Shown here one piece after another: positions 39,930-52,585 of a stretch of 64,000 nucleotides of DNA. The translations under genes and the position numbers were made by a program. A model generated the notes under the pieces. The model ran no database searches, was not told where the DNA came from, and worked only from the letters and a program-made list of their open reading frames with translations. How positions within the stretch are numbered: the stretch's first letter is position 1; every line of letters begins with the position of its first letter. This stretch comes from Eledone cirrhosa (lineage: Eukaryota): NCBI GenBank assembly GCA_964016885.1, contig OZ024744.1:11842001-11906000 (forward strand), in the 5' to 3' direction.

Positions 39930-41210
39930 CACACAGCGCCCAGGTCTCACTACCATGTAACATTGCTGTTCGGATACACGCATCATACAGTCTGCCTTTC
40001 ATTTTGAGGGAAAAGCCTTTTGCAGCTATCAGTGGTAGTAGTTCCCTGAAATTCTTCCATCCCGTTCTTACCCTAGTTATTGTACTTTCTGAACACCCAC
40101 CTCCGCTGCTAATTCGGTCACCTAGGTAGCAGAAGCTGTCTACTGTTTCTACAGAGCCCTCCCAGAGTTTGGTGCTACTTGTTTCCTGTGGCTGTTTTCT
40201 GCTTGCTGTCCCAGCACAGCTGCTGCATGTGAAGCCTACATTCTTAGTTAAGCTTCCTGAGATCCCGCTACATCTCTTGTGTACCCATTGTTTGCTCTTG
40301 GGGCAGAGAATGGAGTTCCTACCTACACCTTTCCTACATACTGAGCAAGGCCATTTCCCCGAGGGGATCTGGGTTCTGTTTTCTCGTCTACTTACAAGGA
40401 CCTTAGTCTTTGTCAGGTTGACTTTGAGATCCTTTCTTTCTAGTCCCTGCTTCCAGGTTTGGAATTTCTTCTCTAGTTCTACCATAGATTCAGCTATAAG
40501 TGCGAGGTCATCAGCATACAGGAGTTCCCATGGGCATCCGGTCTTAAACTCCTCCGTTATTGCCTGCAGAACTATGATAAACAGGAGAGGGCCAAGAACA
40601 GAGCCCTGGTGGACCCCAACCTGTACGCTAAATTCCTCGCTATAGTCATTAACCCTAACTTTGCTGGCCGCTCCCCTATACATGGCTTGTACAGCTTTCA
40701 CAAGCCATTCATCTACTCCTAGTTTTCTAAGAGCCCACCAGATTACAGCACGTGGAACTCTGTCAAAGGCTTTCTCAAGGTCAACAAATGCCAGCTAGAG
40801 TGGCTTACTTTTAGCTAGGTACTTTTCCTGTAACTGCCTCACAAGGAAGAGGGCATCAGTGGTGCCTCTTCCTGGTACAAACCCAAATTGCATCTCACCT
40901 AGTTTCACCGGGTCCCTAATCAACTGTGCTTTAACTCTTTCTGTTACTTTCATGACCTGGTCCATCAGCTTTATACCTCTATAGTTTCCTCTATCTAGTG
41001 CATCACCTTTACCTTTGTAGCAGTTGTCAATGATGCTACTGCACCAATCTTTTCGTATGACACATTCTAGTATTACCTGGTTAACAATACGTGTGGTTAT
41101 AGTGTGACCTACAGACCCAGATGCATTCAGCATCTCGACAGCTATACCCGATGGACCGATTGCCTTCCCCATCTTCATATCTTTGATTGCCTTACTTACT
41201 ATGCTGCTGA
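39930..41210 (-). mobile_element. Internal fragment of LINE family A (RT plus PHD-like finger)
   Basis: ORFs 39820-40701 and 40795-41178; both ends abut (TA)n. Confidence 0.92.
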
Positions 41211-41704
41211 TATATATATATATATAGCGGAATTAGTCGATCTCGGATTTACAGAAACCTAGCATGGATTTTGTGTGTTGTGTGTGATGCATATCGTATG
41301 CTATACGATATGCATTATATATTCCATTCGGTCTCCGCGCTTGGTCCAGGTCAGTCTAAAATCTTTTCCTGAGTCCAACCATTCTCGTTGCTATGGCAAT
41401 GCGGCTGGACTGCCAATCGCTATATTTGATTTGCAAAGCTGTCTAATGTATTATTACTCTGGGGTACTATTCCCTATTGAGTGCTAAAGCTACATTCCGA
41501 ATTTGCATTCGTTAGCTTGGCCACAACCTAAAGCTTCGTTAATGCTGTACTAAAATTTGTATATATTTATATATATATATATATGTGTGTGTGTGCATAT
41601 ATGTGTATATGTTTATAATTTACAATTTTTTAATTTTACATTATTACATGTGAAGAAGAAGATAACAAAAACAAAACAAATATAAAAAGAAAATAATATA
41701 TATA

Positions 41705-42235
41705 TAATAATAATAATGAAATGATTGTGTAAAGTGCTCAGGTGCACCACAACTCGTCAATATAGTACATAGAATAATACACAAATGTCAGAGAAGTACA
41801 TGTTTGTATGTGTTAGCTGTAGTGTTGGCGGATCTCGGGAAGCATGGAGGCCTTAAAGGATGCAGTGTCTCGACAGCTAACAACTGATGCAGGTAGTTTG
41901 TTCCATGCTTCAGCAACTCTGAGCGTGAAAAAATGTTTCCGAAAGTCATGGGAACTGTGCTGTTTTCTTACTTTGTGGGCATGTCCACGTGTGTTAGACA
42001 CATGGAAATCGAAAAAGCATTCAGGGCTGTTGTTGGCAACATGGTTAACAATTTTGTGGGTGTTTACCAAGTCAGTTGCCAGGCGTCGGAGCTTCAATGA
42101 ATCCATGCCCAGGGAAGCAAGGCGCTCAGAGTATGGTAGATGCCTGATGGAGGGTATTCGCTTGGTTGCACGTCTCTGAACAGTTTCCAGGCGGTCAATG
42201 TCCTGAGCAAGATAGGGGTTCCAGACTGGTGATGC
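41705..42235 (-). mobile_element. 3' end of CR1-type LINE
   Basis: SLKLRRLATDL..TRGH..RKHFFTLRVAEAWNKLP..SFK; (TTA)n tail. Confidence 0.85.
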
Positions 42236-43639
42236 AAATTCTATATATGTATGTATGTGTGTTTGTGTTTGTGTGTGTGTGTGGGGGGGGGGGGGGGTTA
42301 AAATTTAACTTTGCATTAATTATGACGGTTAAAGTTATAATTGTATCAATAGGCAACACGTATTTTATACTCACATACATAAGCACATACACTCACACAC
42401 ATGCATGTGTGTATACATACAATTAAAGCGATACCAATAATCATGAACGTGGAAGCAACAATAAAAGCAAAGATAATCGGGAGTGAATGGCGGCAGTGGT
42501 GACGACAATAATAATTACATTAATTATGATGATGGTGATGATGAAGATCCAAAAACAAATAACAATGATAATAACAATTTAAAAAAAAACCCCAAAGAAC
42601 TGCCAGAAGTGACAGTAGCAGTAAAATTGGCATAAATATAATTATTTAATGATGATATTAGCAGCAATAATGATGATAATGGCAGCGATGGTGGTGGTGG
42701 GAAATAACATTAACAACAATAAGGAAAAAAAGACACTTTTTTCCCCCACCGCCTGATGTTTTCTAGTGAATTCTAATTATTCTTAACATTTACCCCACAC
42801 ATACAAATTTCACATGTAGTTTTTGGCGTGAGGGAGCAGTTATACATCTATTAGGTTAATAAGTATATTTTGTTGTACAAACAATCAATGTATACATTCA
42901 CACACACAACTATATATATATATATATAACATACACAAATATACATATATATAATGTCCAAAACGTTAAGACTCTTTTCCTACAATATCAAGCATTAAAC
43001 TAAAATATATCTTTATTGTACTGAACTGTTTGCTTTGTTGTTTTCCATTTGCTTTTTGCATATATAAGTCTACATTTCATGCCCATTTTTCCACAATCTG
43101 GAATTTTTTCTCGAGTTTTCCAACAGGTCATCAGCATAGAGAAGTTCTCAGTCTTAAACTCCTGTTATGACCTGGAGAACTATAATAAATACAAAAATCA
43201 AATCCACACACATACAAATATATACATATGTGGACCACATACAAATATGTGTGTATATTTATATATTATACATATATATATACATATTATTATATATTAT
43301 ACATATATATATGCAAGAGTGTATATATATATAAATATGTATATATATTATATATATATCATCATTATTATCATCATTTTACATCCGCTTTTCCCTGCTT
43401 GCAAGGGTTGGACGGGACGTATTCAGCACAGCATCTCTCCACTTGTCACGGTCCATGTTTTCCGTATATGTAAGATTGTATATATAAATAAATATAAATA
43501 TAAATATATATATATTATATGTATATATATTTATATGTGTAAGAGTATATATATAAGTTATTCCGGGTTCAGTCGGAGGTAGCCACAGTAAGTAAGGTAC
43601 TCAATACATAGCAGAGTATAAATGTTTTAATATAGAGGA

Positions 43640-43688
43640 GCTTCTACAGGACTAGAACTGTTTCATTCGTGAGAAATCATCAGGAAGC
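43640..43688 (-). ncRNA. Type I hammerhead ribozyme (candidate) within a fold-back element (43556-43750)
   Basis: Minus strand: GCTTC CTGATGA TTTCTCACGAAT GAA ACAG TTCTAGTC CTGT A GAAGC. Confidence 0.7.
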
Positions 43689-44046
43689 ACAGATGATTTC
43701 TCACGAATGAAACAGTTCTAGTCCTGTAGAAGCTTTTCTATATTAAAATATATAAATATATATATATTATATATTCATTAATTTATTAAAATAACAGATT
43801 AAAGTTTAAGCAAAGAATCGCTGCTCCACCCTTAAGCAGTGATTCTTTGCTTAAATTTTAATGTAAATGTGGTTGGTGTTAGGAAGGGCATCCAACTGTA
43901 GAAAACCTGCCAGACAGTCCTATGCGAGCAAGACAATCATTCTTGCCTCAAGTGGGAAAACCCCCGTCCAAACCCATGCAAGCGTGGAACACGGACGTTA
44001 AACGATGATGATGATGATGATGATGATATATATATATATATATATA

Positions 44047-45825
44047 GACCAGCAGTGTTAGTCGAGGGTAGTATAATAAGTAAGGCAATCAAAGATATGA
44101 AGACAGGTAAGGCGGCTGGGCCTTCGGAAATAGTTGCTGAGATGCTGAAGGCATCTGGAACGGTGGGACACACCATGGTCACCCGGATAGTTAACCAAGT
44201 CGTACAGAAAGGGGTTGTTCCGAAGGACTGGCGTAGCAGCATCATCGTTAACTGTTATAAGGGTAAAGGAGATGCCCTAGATAGGAGTAACTATAGAGGC
44301 ATTAAATTAATCGCCCAGGTCATGAAGGTCACGGAAAAAGTAATAGCGCAACTAATCAGAGAGAGAATTGATCTAGATGAAATGCAGTTTGGGTTTGTGT
44401 CAGGCAAAAGTACCACAGACGCTCTTTTCATTGTATGACAACTACAGGAGAAGTACCTAGCTAAAAGTAAACCCCTATACTTAGCTTTTGTTGACTTGGA
44501 GAGAGCCTTCGACAGAGTCCCCCGTTCCATTATCTGGTGGGCTCTTAGAAAACTAGGTGTTGACGAATGGCTTGTGAGAGCTATACAAGCCATGTATAAA
44601 GAAACAGTCAGCAAGGTTAGAATTAACAACGAATATAGTGAAGAGTTTAGCGTAAAAGTTGGCGTCCATCAGGGCTCTGTTCTTAGCCCCCTACTATTTA
44701 TTATTGCCCTTCAGGCTATAACAGAGGAGTTCAAGACCGGCTGCCCATGGGAACTCCTATACGCAGATGACCTAACACTCATAGCTGAATCAATGGCCGA
44801 GCTAGAGAAGAAATTCCAAACATGGAAGCATGGCCTAGAATCAAAAGGCCTTAAAATTAACCTGGCTAAGACTAAGGTTCTAGTTTGTAAGAAAGAAAAT
44901 AAGGCGGTGGTCCCTTCCGGGAAGTAGCTAGAGTCAGAACTGGATGGAAAAAATTCAGAGAGCTTATACCACTATTAGCCGCTAAAGGGTTCTCACTAAA
45001 AATGAAAGGCAGGCTGTATGATGCCTGCATACGAACAGCAATGTTGCATGGCAGTGAGACCTGGGCATTGTGTGCAGAGGATATACACAGACTAGAGAGG
45101 AACGAAGCTTGCATGCTCCGCTGGATGTGTAATAGTAATATACGTGAACGGCAAAGCATAAACGAACTAAGGAAAAAATTAGAAATAAGAGGGATCAGAT
45201 GTTGTTTACTCGAGAGAAGGCTACGTTGGTATGGTCACGTGATGCACATGAAAGTCGATAGCTGTATAACAAAGTGCAGGGCAATAAAGATAGACAGTAG
45301 CCACAGAGTAGGCAGACCCAGAAAAACCTGGGATGAGCTGATAAACTCCGACCTCACACACTTACACCTCTCCAAGACAATGTCACTGGACCGAGACCTT
45401 TGGCGGTACTCAGTAATAAAGAAGACCCGCCTTACCTAAATACAAAGTAAAACCTACTACAGTCAGTAGGAATCCCTAACAAAATACACCCCCATCCCAC
45501 CACCCCACCCCATCCACACCGCCCCCTTCTATGTAAAGTTATGTTGGTGCCACACCATCCAGGCCGAAACAAATGAGATCGTGTAGGTATCACGACAAAA
45601 AAACTCACAGTCCACGCTGTAATGTGGCCGTGTAGGAAACACGGTAAAAATCTCCCAGACCCACACTGCAAATGTGGTTGGTGTTAGGAAGGGCATCCAG
45701 CTGTTGAAAACTTGCCAGACAGTCCTATGCGAGCAAGACAATCACTCTTGCCTCAAGTGGGAAAACCCCCGTCCAAACCCATGCAAGCGTGGAACACGGA
45801 CGTTAAACGATGATGATGATGATGA
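44047..45825 (+). mobile_element. 5'-truncated LINE family B with internal deletion removing the PHD-like finger
   Basis: RT motifs; junction ..CCGGGAAGT|AGCTAGAGTC at ~44925; (GAT)n tail. A tail-only fragment lies at ~43862-44027. Confidence 0.9.
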
Positions 45826-45857
45826 TATTATATATATATGTGTGTAAGAGTGTATAT

Positions 45858-46409
45858 ATCATCATCATCATCATCATCAACGTTTAACGTCCGTGTTCCA
45901 CGCTTGCATGGGTTTGGACGGGAGTTTTCCCACTTGAGGCAAGAGTGATTGTCTTGCTCGCATAGGACTGTCTGGCGGGTTTTCTACAGTTGGATGCCCT
46001 TCCTAACACCAACCACATTTATAGTGTGGGACTGGGACGTTTTTACCGTGTTGCCTACACGGTCACATTACAGCGTGGACTGTGTGTTTTTTTTTTCGTG
46101 ACACCTACACGATCTCATTTGTTTCGGCCTGGATTTTGTGGCACCAACATAACTTTACATTGAAAGGGGCGGTGTGGATGGGGTGGTGGGACGGGGGTGT
46201 ATTTTGTTAGAGATGCCTACTGACTGTAGTAGGTTTTACTTTGTATTTAGGTAAGGCGGGTCTTCTCTGTTACTGAGTACCGCCAAAGGTCTCGGTCCAG
46301 TGACATTGTCTTGGAGAGGTGTAAGTGTGTGAGGTCGGAATTTATCAGCTCGTCCCAGGTTTTTCTGGGTCTGCCTACTCCGTGGCTACCATCTATCTTT
46401 ATTGCCCTG

Positions 46410-46410
<1 letters not shown>
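45858..46410 (-). mobile_element. 3' end of LINE family B, tail-to-tail with the previous copy
   Basis: Reverse complement of ~45275-45825 with scattered substitutions. Confidence 0.9.
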
Positions 46411-46448
<38 letters not shown>

Positions 46449-46699
46449 TCTATCTATATATATATATATATATTATATACATATACAACAGTAGAACACT
46501 GGAAGGTAATATCCATAGTAGTCCATGGGATGAGTTTGGTAGAAATATGCAACTTAACAATATTACGCATATCCGCAATTGACAATGCATATAATGCTGA
46601 AACCGGTACATTAAATGTGGAAATATCCACTTTGTAAATTAATGTTTTCATATTACACTGAAAGAATCTCTTCAGCATTTTCTACTGGAAAAATCTTTT

Positions 46700-47340
46700 T
46701 GGTGCTGTCTGTAGAAGACTTGAATAGATTAGAAAGAAACGAAGCCTGCATGCTCCGGTGGATGTGTAATAGTAATATACGTGAAAGGCAAAACATAAAT
46801 GAATTGAGAGAGAGACTGAGCATAAGAGGAATCAAATGATGTGTGGAGCAGAGGCTGTTGCGCTGGTATGGACATGTGATGCGTATGAAGGATGACAGCT
46901 GCATAAAAAGGTGCAGAGCACTAGAAGTTGATGGAAACCGCGGAGTGGGAAGACCCAAGAAGACCTGGGAGGTGATAAAAGCCGACCTTACCCAATTACA
47001 CCTCTCAAAGGTGATGACACACGACCGTGACCTCTGGCGTTATGCAGTAAAACAGAGTACCTGACTGCCCATGAGTACAAGCCGAAGCTGAAGCATATAG
47101 ACAATATGCTCCCACCCCCTCCCACTGCAAAGTGGTCATGGAGGCTCCACGGCAAAAAAGCACCCAGCACTCACTGTAAATGAGGTTGGTGTTAGGAAGG
47201 GCATCCAGCTGTAGAGATCAAGCCAGAATCAGTTCCCGTATGAGCAAGACAAGGTCAGCTGACCGGACACTGCCCACAACAGGACAACCTGTCTAACCCA
47301 TGCTAGCATAGAAGAACGGACGTAAATTGGTGATGATGAC
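46700..47340 (+). mobile_element. 3' end of a LINE family A variant
   Basis: EDLNRLERNEACMLRWMC..GRPKKTW; 3' UTR and (GAT)n tail. Confidence 0.9.
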
Positions 47341-47800
47341 ATATATACACACACATACACATATATATATTTAAAAAGAGGAAAAGAATGACTTCGCTTT
47401 TAGTTCTAAACAATTTAATTTAATTTTATAATATTATAATTTTACAATTTTTTTTTTGTAGATCTAGAAAACGAAATTGTAAAATTATAATATTATAAAA
47501 TTAAATTAAATTGTTTAGAACTAAAAACGAAGTCATTCTTTTCCTCTTTTTAAATATGTATCTGTGTGTATATATGTCATCATCACCAATTTACGTATGT
47601 TCTTCTACGCTAGTATGGGTTAGACAGGTTGCCCTGTTGTAGGCAGTGTATATATGTATATATATGTGTGTGTATATGTATATATACATGTGTGTGTGTA
47701 TGAATATATATATATGTGTGTGTGTATGTATTTATATATGTGTGTGTGTTTATATATAAATATATACGTGTGTGTATATTTATTTTTATATATATATATA

Positions 47801-49846
47801 TATGGAAAAAGGGTGGGAGTAGGGAAGAATATACAGCCACTAAGAGAGAAGCTAGACGTCAGGTGTACTTAGCACGCAGGGAGGCAGAGAGTAGGAGGTT
47901 TGCCAATGTTCTGCGACAGGAAGATCAGAGGCGTGCGGTGTTCCACATTGCAAGGCAGTGTGTCAATGCAAATCAGGATGTTGTTGGAGATAAATGTGTC
48001 CGGAATGATGCCGGTGGACTTAGTGTCACGAATGATCAGAAAAAGGAGGCCTGGAAATGTCATTATGAGAGACTGATGAATGTGGAGAACAAATGGGAGA
48101 GAGAGAAATTACCCTTGGTAGATCCGACAGGGGGACCAGCTATTGAGATTGATGAGTATAGGGTCCAAGAGGCGATTAAGGAAATGAAAAATGGTAAGGC
48201 TGCCGGACCATCGGGAATAGTTGCTGAGATGCTGAAGGCATCAGGGGACGTAGGCACTAAACTGGTTGCACGCATCATCAATCAGGCTATATATGGTGGT
48301 GTCATACCCAAAGACTGGTGCAGCAGTATTCTCATAAATTGCTACAAAGGTAAAGGGGATGCTTTGGAGAGGAGCAATTATAGGGGTATAAAATTGATAG
48401 ATCAGGTTATGAAAGTGGCAGAAAGGATTTTAGCACAACTAATTAGAGAAAGGGTCAAACTAGATGAGATGCATTTTGGTTTTGTGCCTGGGAAGAGTAC
48501 AACAGATGCCCTCTTCTTGGTGAGACAATTGCAAGAGAGGTTCTTAGAGAAGAATAAGCTACTATACTTAGCCTTTGTTGACCTAGAGAAGGCCTTTGAT
48601 AGGGTACCCCGATCTGTCATCTGGTGGTCCCTAAGAAAGCTAGGTGTTGAGGAATGGCTTGTGAGGACAGTGCAAACTTTGTACAGAGGTACTCTCAGTA
48701 AAGTCAGGGTAGGAATGGAGTTTAGTGAGGAATTCCAGATACAAGTAGGAGTACATCAGGGTTCGGTCCTCAGCCCGCTCTTGTTCATTATAGTCCTCCA
48801 AGCCATAATAGAGGAGTTTAAGACTGGCTGTCCATGGGAACTTCTCTGCGCTGACGATCTGGTTCTTATAGCAGAATCAGTAGAGGAGCTAGAGAAGAAA
48901 TTCTGACTATGGAAACAGCAGTTGGAAGCAAGAGGACTGAGAGTGAACCTCGCTAAGACAAAAGTGTTGATGAGTAGAAAAGAGGACAAAACCCTCATTC
49001 CGTCAGGGAAATGGCCATGTTCGATATGCAGAAAAGGAACTGGCATAAATTCTATAAAATGCACACAATGCAGATCCTGGGTACACAAGAGATGTAGCAG
49101 GATAGCAGGCAAACTAACAGGTAGGGAGAAATATGTATGCAGTAGATGTACAGGGAAATTAGACAGTAGAAGTCGCATTGATAGACACATTTTTCAAATG
49201 CAAGAGGGCGCTATAGAAGTGGCTGATAGCTTCCGGTACCTAGGAGATCAGATTAGCATAGGAGGAGAGTGTTCCGAGGCCATAGTATCTAGAATAAGGA
49301 CGGGTTGGAAGAAGTTTAGGGAGCTGCTTCCTCTGTTGACGAAGAAGGTTTCTCCCTGCGTATGAAAGGCCGGTTGTATGATGCCTGTGTGAGGAGCGCG
49401 ATGCTGCATGGTAGTGAGACATGGGCAGCAACTGCAGAGGATATGCGACGGCTGGAGAGAAATGAGGCAAGCATGCTCCGTTGGATGTGCAGTGTAAATG
49501 TGCGTGAACGACCCAGCATAAATGTGTTGAGAGAGAAACTGTGTCTGAGAGGGATAGAATGTAGTGTACGGGAGAGGAGACTGAGGTGGTATGGACATGT
49601 GATGCACATGGAGGATGACCGATGGGTGAAGAAGTTCCAGGAATTGCCAGTTGAAGGAAGACATGGTAGAGGTAGACCACGAAAAACATGGGCGGAGGTG
49701 GTGAGAACAGACCTCAGATCATTGAAGCTCACGGTGGAGATGACGAGGGACCGTGACGAGTGGAGAGATGCTGTGCTGAATAAGACCCGTCCCACCCTTG
49801 CAAGCAGGGAAAAGCGGACGTAAAATGATGATGATGATGATGATGA
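47801..49846 (+). mobile_element. 5'-truncated LINE family C (RT plus PHD-like finger), two disablements
   Basis: ORFs 47716-48906, 48922-49365, 49362-49823; tail AAGACCCGTCCCACCCTTGCAAGCAGGGAAAAGCGGACGTAAAA(TGA)n. Confidence 0.93.
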
Positions 49847-50685
49847 TATATATAAATAAATATACACACACATATACATACACATATAAATATATACACG
49901 TATAAATATACACACACATATATATATATATATATATTTATATATAAACACACACACATATAAATACATACACACATACACATATATATATATATACATA
50001 TACACACACATGTATATATACATATATACACACACACACATATATATATATTTATATTTGTTCCTAGCTGATAATTCACTCTCTGTCAAGTGATTCTTTT
50101 TGTCACTTGAAGGATCACCATCTGTAATCTGTATTGAGTACTGTTTCTCCTATTTATGCATCAAATTACATGCACACATATACACAGATTCACACACACA
50201 CAAATACATATATAGAAACACACACACATATTATACATTTGTATATATTATATACACAGATTTGTATAAATTAATATTACATAAAGCTTTAATGTTCAAA
50301 ATATTAAAATTAAATTAACTTTTTTGATTATAGTTCAGACTAGAAAAATGCTTCTACACATACACACACAAAATATGTACATACACACATACATGTATGT
50401 GCATACATACAACATTTAACATGGAGATATCACTTTTTGGAATTTTTATATGGTTGTTGTTGCTGTTTTGAGGGAATAGGGATGGGGGAAATTTTAGTGA
50501 TAAAACAATATTGTAATAAATTAATTAATTTTTAATCACATTTTCTTTCAATGATAAAAGGTGGGGTGTGGCGGTGGAGAGATTTGTTCTTTTTGTTTTG
50601 TAGTTTTGTTTATTGTTTTTTCCGGCAAAATGTTCTGATGCAGCAAAAACAGAATGTACAATTGATTTTAATTTTTTTTTAAATC

Positions 50686-50716
<31 letters not shown>

Positions 50717-51230
50717 TGTTTCTACTTTTGGCACAAGGCCAGCAATTATCCAGTACATTACTGGTACTTCATTTTATCGACCCCGTAAGGATGAAAGGCA
50801 AAGTTAACCTCAGCGGAATTTTAACTCAGATCTTATATAGGCACAAGGCCAACAATTTGGGGGGAAGAGCAAAGTCAATTAAATTGACCTCATTGTGTTA
50901 CTGGTACTTTATTTTATCAACCCAGGAAGGATGAAAGGTGAAGTTGACTTCGGTGAGATTTGAACTCAGAATGTAGAGAGTCGGAGCAGTTGCTCAAATG
51001 AGTCAGCCAATCCACTACCTTAATAATAATAATTCTTTCTAACATTTGCACAAAGACATCAATTTGGGGGAAGAGGTTAATTGATTAAATGGACCCTAGT
51101 ACATGACTGGTACTTTATTACATTGACTACAAAAGGATGAAAAGCAAATTTCACCTCAAAACGTAAAGAGGCATAACTAAACATTGTAAAGCATTTTATC
51201 TGACACTCTAGGGATTCTGCTAATCCATTG
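50717..51230 (-). mobile_element. Cluster of about three copies of a second tRNA-derived SINE family
   Basis: Repeated TACTGGTACT..ATCGACCCC..AGGATGAAAGGCAAAGTT.ACCTC..TTTGAACTCAGA blocks (B-box on minus strand). Confidence 0.75.
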
Positions 51231-51603
51231 CCATAATAATAATAATAATAATAATAATAATAGTAATAATAATAATAACATCAATAACACTAATAATAAT
51301 AATATAATAATGTTGATGGTGATGATGATAATGTTTATGAGATTTGTAAAAACAACTTTGATACTGAAAACAAAGTGAAATTACATATTTTTTTTTTTTT
51401 GTGGGAGCAATTGTTCTAACTATGAAGCAATGCATATGATTATACATACATATATTTATAGCGCAACAAAAAAGCACATGCAAACACACACATACATGTA
51501 TATATATTTATATATCCACACGTATATGTATGCACACCCACATATACACATATACTACATACACACACACACACACACAAATATATATAAATATATATAT
51601 ATA

Positions 51604-51812
51604 TCATTTCATTTTACGTCCACTTTTCCCTGCTTGCAAGGGTGGGACGGGAACTGATTCTGGCTTGATTTCTACAGCTGGATGCCCTTCCTAACACCAA
51701 CCTCATTTACAGTGAGTACTGGGTGCTTTTTTGCTGTGGCACCTCCACGACCACTTTGCAGTGGAATGATAGGGACCCCAGTCCCTATCATCTCATTTCT
51801 ACAGCTGAGTAA
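51604..51812 (-). mobile_element. 5'-truncated chimeric SINE
   Basis: Matches the 3' two-thirds of 27090-27432. Confidence 0.9.
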
Positions 51813-52124
51813 ATATAAAATATATATATATCTATAATTCAAAATTCAAGAAGACCAAGGATTAGTATCATTATTATATTTATCTATAAATCACTTCAGA
51901 CGTATCAATTACTGCTATTACGCAATCTTTACCCCTAATTCAGCTAACTACATACTTTCCAGTAATAAGAAATTAGGAAAATATAACTATCTGCTCAGTA
52001 ATACTTAAAATATTATAGAAATAGAAGATAATAGAATAAGTAGCTTCCACCCTCCCCACCCCCAACTCAAATTAATGTACACAATTATAACCCAAATAGT
52101 GACATAATATCTAACAATAATAAA

Positions 52125-52585
52125 AAATCTAATTGTAGAAACTCTCATGCATGTCCTCTTAATGGTGAATTACTGACTAAAGACATTATTTACCAATGCA
52201 CTGTATCAACTAGTAATAGTAGTTAGATATATATAAAGGCTACTTCTAGTAGCTTCAAGTCCAGATACTATGTCCACTGCCACTCTTTCCGGAAAAAAAA
52301 AAGAGCTTAACAACTCAACATCATTAGCTAGATATATATGGTACCTCAAAGAGACCAATATAGAATACAAAATGAAATGGAAGAAAAAAATGTAATTTAC
52401 ACCTCGCTAAATGTTTGTATATCTTAAAATCTAAACTGAACGGACCGAGCTGAGGATCGGCATAAGGTGAAACATTTGTTCTTGATATGGTGAACTAACT
52501 GTTGTGTTACTACTTCTACTTAACTCGTCCCATGGACTGAGTGCTCTACTACTACAGATATAACCTTCCAGTGTTTTACTATTAT
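52125..52585 (+). mobile_element. Penelope-like element (Neptune-type) relic: GIY-YIG endonuclease plus pLTR
   Basis: Manual translation across stops and frameshifts: SNCRNSHACPLNGELLTKDIIYQCTV..IYI-ATSSSFKSRYYVHCHSFR..NSTSLARYIWYLK..KMKWK; followed by a hammerhead-like motif at 52446-52484. Confidence 0.75.

Noticed and set aside
46590-46685. Minus-strand CTGAAGA..GAAA hammerhead-like motif
   Set aside because: Stem III can form but stems I and II do not pair convincingly.
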